From a virus: a stretch of DNA of 64,000 bases. The notes beneath the pieces are model-generated. The model worked only from the letters and a program-made list of their open reading frames with translations. It ran no database searches and was not told the origin of the DNA. The stretch lies in the IMG/VR virus record IMGVR_UViG_3300046499_000680, positions 1 through 64,000 of that record; one strand, written 5' to 3'. The translations under genes and the position numbers were made by a program. Position 1 is the stretch's first letter; every line of letters starts with the position of its first letter. Below, in pieces: positions 9,663-19,288 of this stretch.

Positions 9663-9981
9663 CTCCTGGATTGACACTGTTCGCCTCGCTCGCGACTTCG
9701 GCACCGTCAAGGAGCTGTACCCGCCGGGGATCACTGACCTGCGGGACATCCCGTCGGTCTGGTTCGACGCGATCCGGCAGGCCCTCACCTTCATCTCCTT
9801 CCAGGAAAACCTGGAGGAGGACGAGATGCCGTCGCGGGCCATCTGGCTCGACGCCGAGAAGCTGGAGCAGCATTTCGCGGCCGTCAAAGTGCGGCGCAAA
9901 GAAAAAGTCAGCGGCTCCAGCAGCGAGATCGAGGACCCAGTGCAGAACCCGGCGGCGAAGGACCTGGTGGTAGGGGGGTAG
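9640..9981 (+). CDS. tail assembly chaperone frameshift extension (T-like), +1 frame; missing from ORF track
   Basis: Frame open 9565-9981 reading ...DSWIDTVRLARDFGTVKELYPPGITDLRDIPSVWFDAIRQAL...DLVVGG*, good codon bias, no early canonical start. Confidence 0.7.
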   Translation, partial: FKPLLTDDSWIDTVRLARDFGTVKELYPPGITDLRDIPSVWFDAIRQALTFISFQENLEEDEMPSRAIWLDAEKLEQHFAAVKVRRKEKVSGSSSEIEDPVQNPAAKDLVVGG

Positions 9982-12900
9982 GTGGCCGAGGTCGATCCCC
10001 GTATTCGCGAGTTCAACCAGGCCGCCCAGCAGGCCCTGGCGGCTGTCCAGCGGGCGAATGTCGAGGCGAAGACCCTCCAGGGTCAAATCGAGGCCGACGC
10101 GGCGGCGGAGCGGCGGCTGCGCACGCAGGTCGAGGGTCGGACGGCCGGGCGCGGCGCCCTGGTCGAGGAGGGCGGCTCCAGGGGCCAGTCGGCGAGCCGT
10201 CAGGTCGTCAGCGGCTCCGAGCAGCGCGCCAAGGCGTTCACCTCCGAGGAGGCGGCCCAGGCCCGCCTGAACGCCTCCAGGGCGCAGGGAGTGTCGTCCC
10301 TGGAGGCTCAGGCCCAGGCGTACCGCAACGCCGCCCGCTACGGCCCCTACGCGGGCGGCCGGAAAACCTTCCAGCAGTTCGGCTACTCGGGCGCCTCCGG
10401 CGGCGGCCCCCCGATCATCCCCCCCGGCGGCAAGCTCCCGCCCCCCGGCGGCTTCCCTGCCCTCCCGGCGCCGTCGAAACCCAGCATCGTCGGCTCCAGC
10501 CTCGACTCCGAGGCGGGGCGCTACCAGGCTGCCCGCTCGGAGGCCGAGAGCTACCGCCTGTCGGTCTCCAAACTCGCGCAGGAGCAGAACGTCGCCTCGG
10601 TGGCGATGCACCGCCACGGCGCCCTGACGACGGAGTTCATCAGCGCCGCCCAGCGCGGCGAGGTCACGGTCCGCGAGCTGGGCTACCAGACGGCCTCGAC
10701 CATCGGCAAGTTCGGCGGCTGGCTCGTCGCCGGGTCGGCCGTCTACGGCGCCTTCGGCGCGCTCCAGGCCCTCGGCAAAGGTGCGCTCGACGCCTACTCC
10801 GGCGTGAACCTCCTGAGCCGCGTCGTCACCGAAGGGATCGACGCCCCCAAGCTGCGCGAAGAATTCTCCGCGCTCGCGGGCGACTTCAACCTGCCGGTCC
10901 AGACCGTCGCCGAAGCGGCCTACCAGATGGGGAAGGTGTTCCACACCCAGAACGCCGCCCTGGAGTCCTCCAAAGCGGTCCTCTACTCGGTCAAGGTCGG
11001 GGAGCTGGACGTGGCCTCGGCGACGCGGTACCTGATCGCGATCGTCAACGGCTTCCACCTCCCGGCCTCGAAAATGGCCGAGGTCTTCGACCAGATCAAC
11101 GCCGCCCAGAACAGGTTCGGCATCAGCATCGCCGACGTGGAGGCCGGGCTGGCGAAGGCGGGCGGCACCTTCCACGCCGCCGGAGGTGACTTCTCTCACC
11201 TGCTGGCGATCATCACCACCGCTCAGAAGGCCACCGGCAACACCGGCCAGACGATCGGTACCGCGATCGCGCGCGCCCCCAACTTCCTCCGCAAAGCCGC
11301 CAACCAGGACGTGCTGCGCCAGTTCGGCATCGAGCCGGGTCAGTCGATCGACAAAGTAATCACCCAGGCGTTCGGCGTCGCCCAGAAACTCAGCGGCGAC
11401 AAACTCCAGGAGCTGGCCGCCGCGATCTTCGGCCCGCAGTACGGCGCCCGGATCGGTACCCCGCTTCTCCAGCAGCAGGCGCTCTACGAAAAAGTCCTCC
11501 GCAAAACCTCACCGAAAGCCGCCAAAGGCAGCGCCGCGCAGGAGCTTAAAACCCAGCTCGCGGGTGTGGATGAACAGATCAGCAAAATCGCCGTCACCCT
11601 CGAACGGGTCGGCGGCGAACTCGCGAACTCCCACGCCTTCGACGCCTTCGGGGGATTGCTCGCACTGCTCAACTCGACCTTGCAACTGGCGTTGCAACTT
11701 ACGCACACGTTCAACGAGCTTCCCGATGGCGTCAAGCAGACCCTCAGCTACGCGCTTCAGCTCGCGATCGTCATGCGGACCCTCCGCCGCTTCGACCTCG
11801 GCGAGAGCATCGCCGGGGGTCCCCAGGGTCAGCCGACGGGCGCGCGCGGCTTCTTCGCTCGGGCCTTTGACTCCGGCCCGATCGGCGACGCGCGGAAGTT
11901 CCGGGGCGGCCTGCTGGAGGAGCAGAAACAGCTTGAGGAGCGCCGGGCCTCGGTCACCACCGGCATCAACCGGGCGGCCGGGGAAAGCGACTCCGCCCGG
12001 CAGGTCTACCTCTCCGAGCTGGACCGCAACCAGACCCTCGCCGTGCAGGCCCAGAGCGGCACTGAGAAATCCGCCCAGGCCCTGGAGCGCTCGAACCTGG
12101 CCCTCGCCAACTACAAAGGCCAGATGGTCGCCAACGCCGAGCTGGTGGACCAGCTCAAAGTGCAGGCGGCCTACGCCGACCAGCGCCTCGGCTCCGTCAA
12201 CGAGTCGCTGGAACGAACCAAAAAGCGGGGCTTCTTCAGCGTCAACGAGACCCTGGCCGAGCGGGAACGGACGAAGGGCGTCCAGTTCTACCCGACGAGC
12301 TACGAGCGGCCCTCCGGCGCCCCGGTCGCCACGGGCGCGGGCATCGGCAACGAGGTCGCCGCCCAGGCCAAAGGCGCCGCCCAGGCCAGCGCGCTGATCG
12401 TCCCGCCCCAGGCCGAGTCCACGATGCGGCAGGCCGAGAGCAGCGTCGCCCGCAACTCGACCCGCGTGGGCGCGCTGAAAACCGGGATCGGGGCCTTCGG
12501 CGGCGCGCTGAACAGCCTGCTGAACCGCATCGGCACGATCTTCTTCGGCTTCTCCATCGCCCTCCTCCTGGAGAGCTTCATGTCGAGCCTGACCGACGAC
12601 ATCGAAAAGCAGCTCGGGGAAGTCGAAGCTGCGGCGCCGTCGGCGGAAGCCTTCAAGAAACTGGCGGAATCCAAACCGGGGAGCCACGGCGGGTTTGCCA
12701 CCGGCATCTCGGATTTCTTCACCGGCTCGGGTGACTTCCACGGCCCCCTGGAGGACCTGTTCGGGTACGGGTCCAGCGAAGGTGTCGGCGAGACCCTGAC
12801 CAAGATCGAAGAAGCGAAAATCACCTCGGCGAAAGACACCCTGAAACTCCAGGCGCTCCAGCGGTCGAAGGGTCTGCCGCAGTCGTTCAAGTACGTGGCA

Positions 12901-14727
12901 GAGCTGCGCAAACGGGTGAAAGAGATCGAAAAATCGGGCGCCTCCCGATCGCAGCAGCTCAAACAGTTGGAAAAGGTCGAAGAAGAAGCTGACCTCTCCA
13001 TCGAAAACACCCCCTGGGGTAAGGGTAGTGCGAAAGAGCGGAAGCAGGCTCTGCACGGACTCCAGCAGAACATCGACATCGCCAGGGCGAGTGTGTCGGA
13101 CATCCACTCCTTCAACGACACCCTCTCCAAACTCGACCCGAAAACGGTCAACTCCTGGATGGAAGATTACTCGTCGCTGATCGAGGGTGTGACGGGGAAC
13201 TTCAACAAAGGTGCGTTCTTGCGCGCGGCGGCGATCTACCGCTTCCAGCTTCAGCAGCTCAGCGGCTCGAAGAACCCCGACGACCTGAAAACCCTGAAGA
13301 AGGATCAGGAAAACTTCTACCAGGCGATCGGCCAGGCGGTGACGGACGAGGTGACCCACGGCCTCGAACTCGCCACGACCCCCCAGCAGCGGCTGAGCGT
13401 CGCCAAACAGGCGTTCGGCCATCTGCGCGCGGCGCTGATCGAGGAGCCGCGCGAAGCGGTCAGGCGCCAGCAGGAATCGGTCAAGAAAGCGCAGGAACGC
13501 CTCGAACAGACCGAAAGCAAGCAGCAGAACCTCGGCGCCGAACTTCACCACCACCCCCGCTCGGAAGGGCCGGGTGCCTACAAAGAACGCCAGGAAGGTG
13601 AGAAAGAGCTTTCCCAGCTCGAAGTCCAGGCCAAATCGCAGGGCGACCATCTCAAATACCTGCGGAAAGACCTCAAGGAACGGCGCGAATACTACGAACA
13701 GATCGAAAAACAGTTGCGCCAGCAGGTGTACGAGGCGATCGCGGCGATCAGGGACGCGAGGTACCAGTACCGCCAGTCCCAGACTGCCGACCCGCTCCGC
13801 CAGGCCGCGATCGAAATCGAACGCATCAACTCCGACCTGCCCGGCGCGATCAAAGCCTACGGCCGCAACTCGGCGCAGGTCTTCTCTCTGCTCCAGCAGC
13901 GTGAACAGGCCATCGCCCAGCAGGTGCAGTCCACCTATTCCCTGCTCCAGGCCCAGGGCGAACTGCGGTCGGCCGGGGTGAACCCGACCAACACCCTGCT
14001 GAAAGACAAGGTGGCCCTGGAAAACCTTCAGCAGCAGCTCGCGTTCGCGGAAAGCCACGCCAGCCGCTTCGATCCCTCCCAGATCATCCAGCTCAAAGCG
14101 CAGGTCCTCCAGGCCCAGGTGCAGCTCGAACAGGACACGATCAAAGAAGCGACCGAACTGGCGAACGCGAAGTTCCAGATCAAAGCGGCGAGGGCGACGG
14201 CGGGCGGTCATCCGGTCCAGGCTGCCCAGGCCGCGATCGAACAGACCCGGTACGACATCGCCCACACGCAGACGCCGCTCGAAAAACTCCAACTGGAGTC
14301 GCAGCTTATTGGTCAGCTCGCAGCCAAGCGCGACGCGGTGGCGCAGCGCCGACTGACCAACATCGAATTCGAGGCCGACATCGGCAAAATCAGCACGCAG
14401 CAGGAGATCGTCGCGCTCGAACAGCTCCTGAAGGACTACAAACTCTCGGCCGACATGCGGCGCCAGGTCAGGGAGCAGATTCACAGCCTCAAAAAAGACA
14501 CCGGGTTCGACCTCGACGTGGGGTCCATCACCCTCCCGACCTTCTATGACATCCGCCGCGCGATCGTCGGCGGCATCGGCAGCAACCCCGGCGTGACGGT
14601 GAACAACTCGCCGCAGATCAACGTCAACAACTACTCGTCCGACCCCAACGTCGTCGGGAAAGCCCTGAACCAAATCCTGGAGGGGCCAACGTCCTCGGCC
14701 CTCCGCTCGGCAGGAGTGAAAGGCTAA
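9982..14727 (+). CDS. tape measure protein
   Basis: 1581 aa, A/Q/L-rich helical, TP901-type core (AAQNRFGISIADV...TIGTAIAR). Confidence 0.9.
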   Translation: MAEVDPRIREFNQAAQQALAAVQRANVEAKTLQGQIEADAAAERRLRTQVEGRTAGRGALVEEGGSRGQSASRQVVSGSEQRAKAFTSEEAAQARLNASRAQGVSSLEAQAQAYRNAARYGPYAGGRKTFQQFGYSGASGGGPPIIPPGGKLPPPGGFPALPAPSKPSIVGSSLDSEAGRYQAARSEAESYRLSVSKLAQEQNVASVAMHRHGALTTEFISAAQRGEVTVRELGYQTASTIGKFGGWLVAGSAVYGAFGALQALGKGALDAYSGVNLLSRVVTEGIDAPKLREEFSALAGDFNLPVQTVAEAAYQMGKVFHTQNAALESSKAVLYSVKVGELDVASATRYLIAIVNGFHLPASKMAEVFDQINAAQNRFGISIADVEAGLAKAGGTFHAAGGDFSHLLAIITTAQKATGNTGQTIGTAIARAPNFLRKAANQDVLRQFGIEPGQSIDKVITQAFGVAQKLSGDKLQELAAAIFGPQYGARIGTPLLQQQALYEKVLRKTSPKAAKGSAAQELKTQLAGVDEQISKIAVTLERVGGELANSHAFDAFGGLLALLNSTLQLALQLTHTFNELPDGVKQTLSYALQLAIVMRTLRRFDLGESIAGGPQGQPTGARGFFARAFDSGPIGDARKFRGGLLEEQKQLEERRASVTTGINRAAGESDSARQVYLSELDRNQTLAVQAQSGTEKSAQALERSNLALANYKGQMVANAELVDQLKVQAAYADQRLGSVNESLERTKKRGFFSVNETLAERERTKGVQFYPTSYERPSGAPVATGAGIGNEVAAQAKGAAQASALIVPPQAESTMRQAESSVARNSTRVGALKTGIGAFGGALNSLLNRIGTIFFGFSIALLLESFMSSLTDDIEKQLGEVEAAAPSAEAFKKLAESKPGSHGGFATGISDFFTGSGDFHGPLEDLFGYGSSEGVGETLTKIEEAKITSAKDTLKLQALQRSKGLPQSFKYVAELRKRVKEIEKSGASRSQQLKQLEKVEEEADLSIENTPWGKGSAKERKQALHGLQQNIDIARASVSDIHSFNDTLSKLDPKTVNSWMEDYSSLIEGVTGNFNKGAFLRAAAIYRFQLQQLSGSKNPDDLKTLKKDQENFYQAIGQAVTDEVTHGLELATTPQQRLSVAKQAFGHLRAALIEEPREAVRRQQESVKKAQERLEQTESKQQNLGAELHHHPRSEGPGAYKERQEGEKELSQLEVQAKSQGDHLKYLRKDLKERREYYEQIEKQLRQQVYEAIAAIRDARYQYRQSQTADPLRQAAIEIERINSDLPGAIKAYGRNSAQVFSLLQQREQAIAQQVQSTYSLLQAQGELRSAGVNPTNTLLKDKVALENLQQQLAFAESHASRFDPSQIIQLKAQVLQAQVQLEQDTIKEATELANAKFQIKAARATAGGHPVQAAQAAIEQTRYDIAHTQTPLEKLQLESQLIGQLAAKRDAVAQRRLTNIEFEADIGKISTQQEIVALEQLLKDYKLSADMRRQVREQIHSLKKDTGFDLDVGSITLPTFYDIRRAIVGGIGSNPGVTVNNSPQINVNNYSSDPNVVGKALNQILEGPTSSALRSAGVKG

Positions 14728-15158
14728 TGGCCCGCAACCGATTCACCAACCCGTCTGACGCCAGCTTCTACGACTGGCAGGTCAACCACACCGACGAGAG
14801 TGCCTTCGGGAAGTCGAGACAGATCACCGAGTCGGCGAACACCGCGAACACCGGGCTGGTGAAGCAGCAGGGTGACGCCCAGCCGCTGCGGATGAAATTC
14901 TCCGGGACGATCTTCCACAAGCACCAGCACGAAGAATTCGTCCGCTGGTGGCAGCTCTGCGAATCGCAGACCATCTTCTTCAAAGACTTCGCCGGGGACG
15001 AATACGAGGTGCTGATCCTCTCCTACAACCCCGTGCGGAAACGGACCATCCGCAACCCGCGCGACTTCGCCAACGCCCCGCTGTGGTACTGGTCCTACGA
15101 AATGGAAATGGAGGTCATCCGCGTGATCTCCGGGACCTGGGCGGGTGTGACTCCGTAG
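14727..15158 (+). CDS. putative distal tail protein
   Basis: Immediately after tape measure, TAATG overlap. Confidence 0.55.
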   Translation: MARNRFTNPSDASFYDWQVNHTDESAFGKSRQITESANTANTGLVKQQGDAQPLRMKFSGTIFHKHQHEEFVRWWQLCESQTIFFKDFAGDEYEVLILSYNPVRKRTIRNPRDFANAPLWYWSYEMEMEVIRVISGTWAGVTP

Positions 15159-17278
15159 TGCCGAGCGAAGCCGTCGAACAGCTCCAGCGTCACAACTGGC
15201 TCGGCATGAAGCATGTCGGCGCCGCGCGTCCGAACGTTCGCGTGTTCGTGCGCAAGGGTCACCTGGAGCGGCACTACAAACCCAAACCCGACAACGAAGT
15301 CTTCTCCTTCATCCCCGGCCTGAAGGGTCCCAACTGGGTTTGGTACGCCCAGTGGGTGCCGGACTCCGAGTACATCGAGGTCCCGAACGTCAAAGAAGCG
15401 AAAGGCGACCAGGACTACAGCCAGAACGGCGTCGAGCAGGTCACCCTGACGATGGACAACATCGGGGTGATCGAGCGCACCGGCAGCCTCAGCGCGCTGT
15501 TCCACGTCCTCGAACGCGGCTACTACTCGCCCTCGCGCGGCTCCCGGCCCGAACAGGGCGGCGAGCGCGCGGGCGAGACCAATTCCTGGTTCGACACCTG
15601 GAAGGACAAGTCCACCCAGATCGCGATCGTGGCCGGGTACGGCGATGCGGTCTTCCCCTTGTTCACCGGCCTGATCGACAACGTGACCCTGACCTCGCGG
15701 CCGGACCAGATCAACGTCACTGCTCGGAACATGGGCCAGTTCCTGACCGACCAGAAATGCTTCGGCGACGCCAAGAACCTCTGGGTCAAAGACCCGATCA
15801 CCTTCTGCGACCGCCAGCACGCCGACAACCTCGAAAACGCCATCGCCGGGGTCGCCGCCAAGAGCGAGGCCCCCGGCCACCCGGCGCGCTTCGCGACCGA
15901 CGAAGACGAAAACACGGCGTGGCTCTCCCAGGGCTACGGCAGTCCCGGCAGCCAGGACTACATCGAGTTCCCGCTGCCGGAAGGCCGCTATGAGGACTTC
16001 GACCTTGGCGCGCTCGCCGGGCAGGAATGCCTGGTCTCGGTCTTCGCCACCAACCCCAGGGACGGCGCCGCGCGCGGAACCGACAACACCAACTACGGCG
16101 CCGGTTGGATCAGCACCGGCCTCGGCCATGTGAGCGGGACCACGATCCCGTACGTGCAGAGGTTCGGGGGGGTGAAGGAGCGGCCGAACCGCTACGGGAT
16201 CAAGGCGGGCGGCGGCGGCTTCATCGTCGGCGACAACTCGAAAGTGCGGCTCTGGTTCACGAACCTCGCTCGGGTCCCCGCCGACAACCCCCACGGCTTC
16301 ACCTACCGGGCCGGGGTGAAAGAAGTCGCGATCTACAACCGCACTCGTCTGGCAGCGGCGAAAACCGAACACTGGATTCTGGTGGACGACGTGTCCGACA
16401 TCGTGAAGACCGTACTCCAGTGGGTCGGGCTGACCGAATGGGAGATCGAGTCGGTGGGGGTGCGGCTGAAGGACAAACTTGTCTTCGACCGACAGACGTT
16501 CCTGGTGGACATCATCAAACGCATCGCCGACCTGACCAGCTACGTCTTCTACGTCAAGGCGCCCGAAAACTTCGACCTGAACGATCTCTCCCCAGGCAAC
16601 GTGACGAACAAGTCGATGGGGATCGCAGTCTTCCGCCAGAACAGCGCGATGAAGCAGCGGCCCCTCGATCGCGTCGAGGCCGTCAAAGACACCAACCTGC
16701 TCACCGCCGTCGAAGCCAAGTTCGACGCGAACGTGCTGGCCCAGTCGATCCGCGTGCGCGGCAAGGCCGTCGGCGCGAAGCAGGCCCAGTCGAACCCAGC
16801 GATCCACCCGCTCGGCGCCGACCCGGCCTTCCGCTACCAGTACAGCTATCGGCCGGTCTGGGCGCGCGGCGATAGCGCCGGGCAGGGCCACCTCCGTCGG
16901 TACGAGCTGCACTACGACCACCTCATCAAATCGGAATACGAATGCAAGGTGGCCTGCCTGTTCATCGCCTTCAGGATGGCCCTCGAATCCGCGAAGGCCG
17001 AGATCGAGCTGCCGCTGTGGCCGCTGATCCAGCTCGACCACCAGGTGCTGATGTTCGACACCGGCACCGGCCTCTCGACGCGGCTCTGGGTGGCGACCCG
17101 ATCCTGGAACTGGAGTTCGGGGGAACAGGGTGAATTCAAGATGAACCTCGGTGGCTCGCTGCTCGACATCAACGACGTGCAGGAAACCCGCCAGGAGCTG
17201 GAGCGTCTGCTGAACGACCACGGCTACATGCCCGCGCCGATCGCGCGTGGCCCCTGGGAAGAAGTGAAAGCGTTCTGA
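15158..17278 (+). CDS. minor tail / baseplate hub protein with discoidin-like insert
   Basis: GTG start overlapping TAG; FTGLIDNV hub-like motif; PARFATDEDENTAW discoidin-like segment. Confidence 0.6.
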   Translation: MPSEAVEQLQRHNWLGMKHVGAARPNVRVFVRKGHLERHYKPKPDNEVFSFIPGLKGPNWVWYAQWVPDSEYIEVPNVKEAKGDQDYSQNGVEQVTLTMDNIGVIERTGSLSALFHVLERGYYSPSRGSRPEQGGERAGETNSWFDTWKDKSTQIAIVAGYGDAVFPLFTGLIDNVTLTSRPDQINVTARNMGQFLTDQKCFGDAKNLWVKDPITFCDRQHADNLENAIAGVAAKSEAPGHPARFATDEDENTAWLSQGYGSPGSQDYIEFPLPEGRYEDFDLGALAGQECLVSVFATNPRDGAARGTDNTNYGAGWISTGLGHVSGTTIPYVQRFGGVKERPNRYGIKAGGGGFIVGDNSKVRLWFTNLARVPADNPHGFTYRAGVKEVAIYNRTRLAAAKTEHWILVDDVSDIVKTVLQWVGLTEWEIESVGVRLKDKLVFDRQTFLVDIIKRIADLTSYVFYVKAPENFDLNDLSPGNVTNKSMGIAVFRQNSAMKQRPLDRVEAVKDTNLLTAVEAKFDANVLAQSIRVRGKAVGAKQAQSNPAIHPLGADPAFRYQYSYRPVWARGDSAGQGHLRRYELHYDHLIKSEYECKVACLFIAFRMALESAKAEIELPLWPLIQLDHQVLMFDTGTGLSTRLWVATRSWNWSSGEQGEFKMNLGGSLLDINDVQETRQELERLLNDHGYMPAPIARGPWEEVKAF

Positions 17279-17751
17279 TGACGGCGATGATGCAGAGGCT
17301 GGAGCGGTCGATGCGGGGGATCACCCTCGGCACGATCACCGACCTGAAGAAAGCCGAAGAACGAGCCGAAGCCGACGGCTTGATCGAGCGCGAGGAGCAG
17401 TACCAGATCGCGATCAGCGGGGTCGCCGAGGAGTTCCTGGACTGGCAGACGGTGGACATCAAATTCGGGACCGTCTTCGTGGACGCCACCGGCCAGCGCG
17501 ACTCCGAACTCACCCAGCCGCATTTCACCTACGGCGCCCAGATCGACTCGGGCACGCCGGTCGGAATCATGGCCTGCGTTCTCGAATGGAAGACGACCGC
17601 CCGAGGTGAAACCATCGGCTGCAAACTTGCGATCGGAGTTGCGGCTTCTGACCGGACGGTGAAGTTCAAGGGCAGCCTCCACGCGACCTTCCAGGGCTAC
17701 GGCCAGCCGCTGAATACCTTCATGGACGAGGACATAGGAACGGGGAGCTGA
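17278..17751 (+). CDS. minor tail protein
   Basis: TGATG coupling, synteny. Confidence 0.55.
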   Translation: MTAMMQRLERSMRGITLGTITDLKKAEERAEADGLIEREEQYQIAISGVAEEFLDWQTVDIKFGTVFVDATGQRDSELTQPHFTYGAQIDSGTPVGIMACVLEWKTTARGETIGCKLAIGVAASDRTVKFKGSLHATFQGYGQPLNTFMDEDIGTGS

Positions 17752-17752
17752 G

Positions 17753-19288
17753 ATGCGCAAGACGACCTTCGCGGGGCTGACCATGCTGGAACCGGGCGAG
17801 GGCCTGGACACCGACAACGGGGCCTTCATCGAACGGGATCGCGAAACGATCGACCACTTCCTCCAGCTCGGGGCCAAACTGCACCGGCACAACGGGAGGG
17901 CCGGGCTGGGCAACCCCCAGCAGGCCGCCAGCGGCTTCGTCATCGCCTCCGGTGGCACGATCGCCTCGAACTTGACGATCTCCCTCGGATACACGCTGGA
18001 AGACGCCAGCGGCGGGGAGACCATGCTGTCGCCGCTGGCGGTGGTCTCGACGGCCTCCCCGATGAACATCCCGACGGCGGCGCCGAGCGCGGCCATCGAC
18101 TACACGGGCGGCTCGCTGCTGGTGGACACCTACTACTACGCGACCACCTGGATCGACGGCGACGGCGGTGAGACCCCCTCGGGTCCGGCGGTCAGCGTCG
18201 AACGGGCGCCGGGCTTCGCCAGCGGCCAGGTAAAACTGAGCAATCTGACCTACGGGATGGTGGCGGCGGGCGCGGTGGGCTGGCGGCTGTTCCGGGCCAA
18301 GGGCGGCGGCACCTACGACCTGCTGACGACCGGCGGCCTCGCCAACGACACCTTCACCGACGACGGGCTGACCGGCGTGGACTGCGACATCCATCCGCCG
18401 ACCGACTCCCAGAACACGACCAACCAGGTCAGCACGCTGGAAGTCAAACTCCCGCCCGCCGACGCCAACATGGCGAAAGCGACGAACATCAACCTCTACG
18501 CGAGCCTGACCGGCGACTTCAGCGAAGGGTCCTCGCTCGGCCAGTACCCGATCGCCAGCGCCGGGAACTCGACCACCTTCGCCGCCCTGAACCTCGCCGA
18601 CGTGACGCCGCCCGACGTGAACCTCTCGATCGGCGGCGCGAGCCTGATCGACCCCGACACCGAACTCCTCGACTGGCACTGGAAGCGTCCGGTCGCGGCC
18701 TCGGGGCTGCTCGGGTCCGGGACGCTCGGCGACGTGAAGCTGGCCGAGAACACCGGCTTCCTCTACGCCGTGTTGCTGCCCTCGGCATCCGCTGCCGTCG
18801 CATCCCAGTGGGTGCGGATCGCGAGCGCGGCTGCGGCCTCGGCGGCGACCTTCAACCTGAAAGCGAGCGGCGGGACCGAAAGCGTGCCCAACGTCGAAGA
18901 ACTGCGGTTCGTCGGTTCGGGCGGGATCACGGCCACCGTCACCAAACCCGCAACGGGAGTTGCGCTTATCACGCTGACCCAGGGCGCTCCAAAGCTCCGC
19001 GTCTTCGCCAGCGGCTCGGCTATCGCTCCGGTCGGCGCCACCGGGATCGAAAACTTTGAACTGTTCGGCTCCGGCGGCATCAACCTCAAAGAGGAAGAAG
19101 TCAGTCCAGGCAAGATCAAGCTCGTCATCGAAGGCCAGCAGGCCACGCTGAAGCAGGAGGGCATGGGCGTCCTGGTCCACGGCTCCAACGCGAGCGCGAC
19201 CCGACCTACCGCCTATCGCCAGTACACCTGGATCGGGAAAGTGAAACCGAACAACCTGGTCGAAAACGACATCTGGATCGAAGCCTAA
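17753..19288 (+). CDS. tail fibre / minor tail protein, ASG/GSG-rich
   Basis: G/A/S/T-rich; TYYYATTW...GET and WRLFR...FTDDG motifs of phage tail beta-domains. Confidence 0.65.
   Translation: MRKTTFAGLTMLEPGEGLDTDNGAFIERDRETIDHFLQLGAKLHRHNGRAGLGNPQQAASGFVIASGGTIASNLTISLGYTLEDASGGETMLSPLAVVSTASPMNIPTAAPSAAIDYTGGSLLVDTYYYATTWIDGDGGETPSGPAVSVERAPGFASGQVKLSNLTYGMVAAGAVGWRLFRAKGGGTYDLLTTGGLANDTFTDDGLTGVDCDIHPPTDSQNTTNQVSTLEVKLPPADANMAKATNINLYASLTGDFSEGSSLGQYPIASAGNSTTFAALNLADVTPPDVNLSIGGASLIDPDTELLDWHWKRPVAASGLLGSGTLGDVKLAENTGFLYAVLLPSASAAVASQWVRIASAAAASAATFNLKASGGTESVPNVEELRFVGSGGITATVTKPATGVALITLTQGAPKLRVFASGSAIAPVGATGIENFELFGSGGINLKEEEVSPGKIKLVIEGQQATLKQEGMGVLVHGSNASATRPTAYRQYTWIGKVKPNNLVENDIWIEA

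Noticed and set aside
9659-9973. ORF-track 104-aa ORF as the -1 frameshift product of the chaperone
   Set aside because: Arg/Ser-rich with poor codon bias; the +1 frame ending at 9981 is clearly the coding one
11509-17221. Very long minus-strand ORFs (1054 aa, 708 aa) and similar shadow ORFs elsewhere
   Set aside because: Antisense shadows of high-GC3 genes, no motifs or RBS
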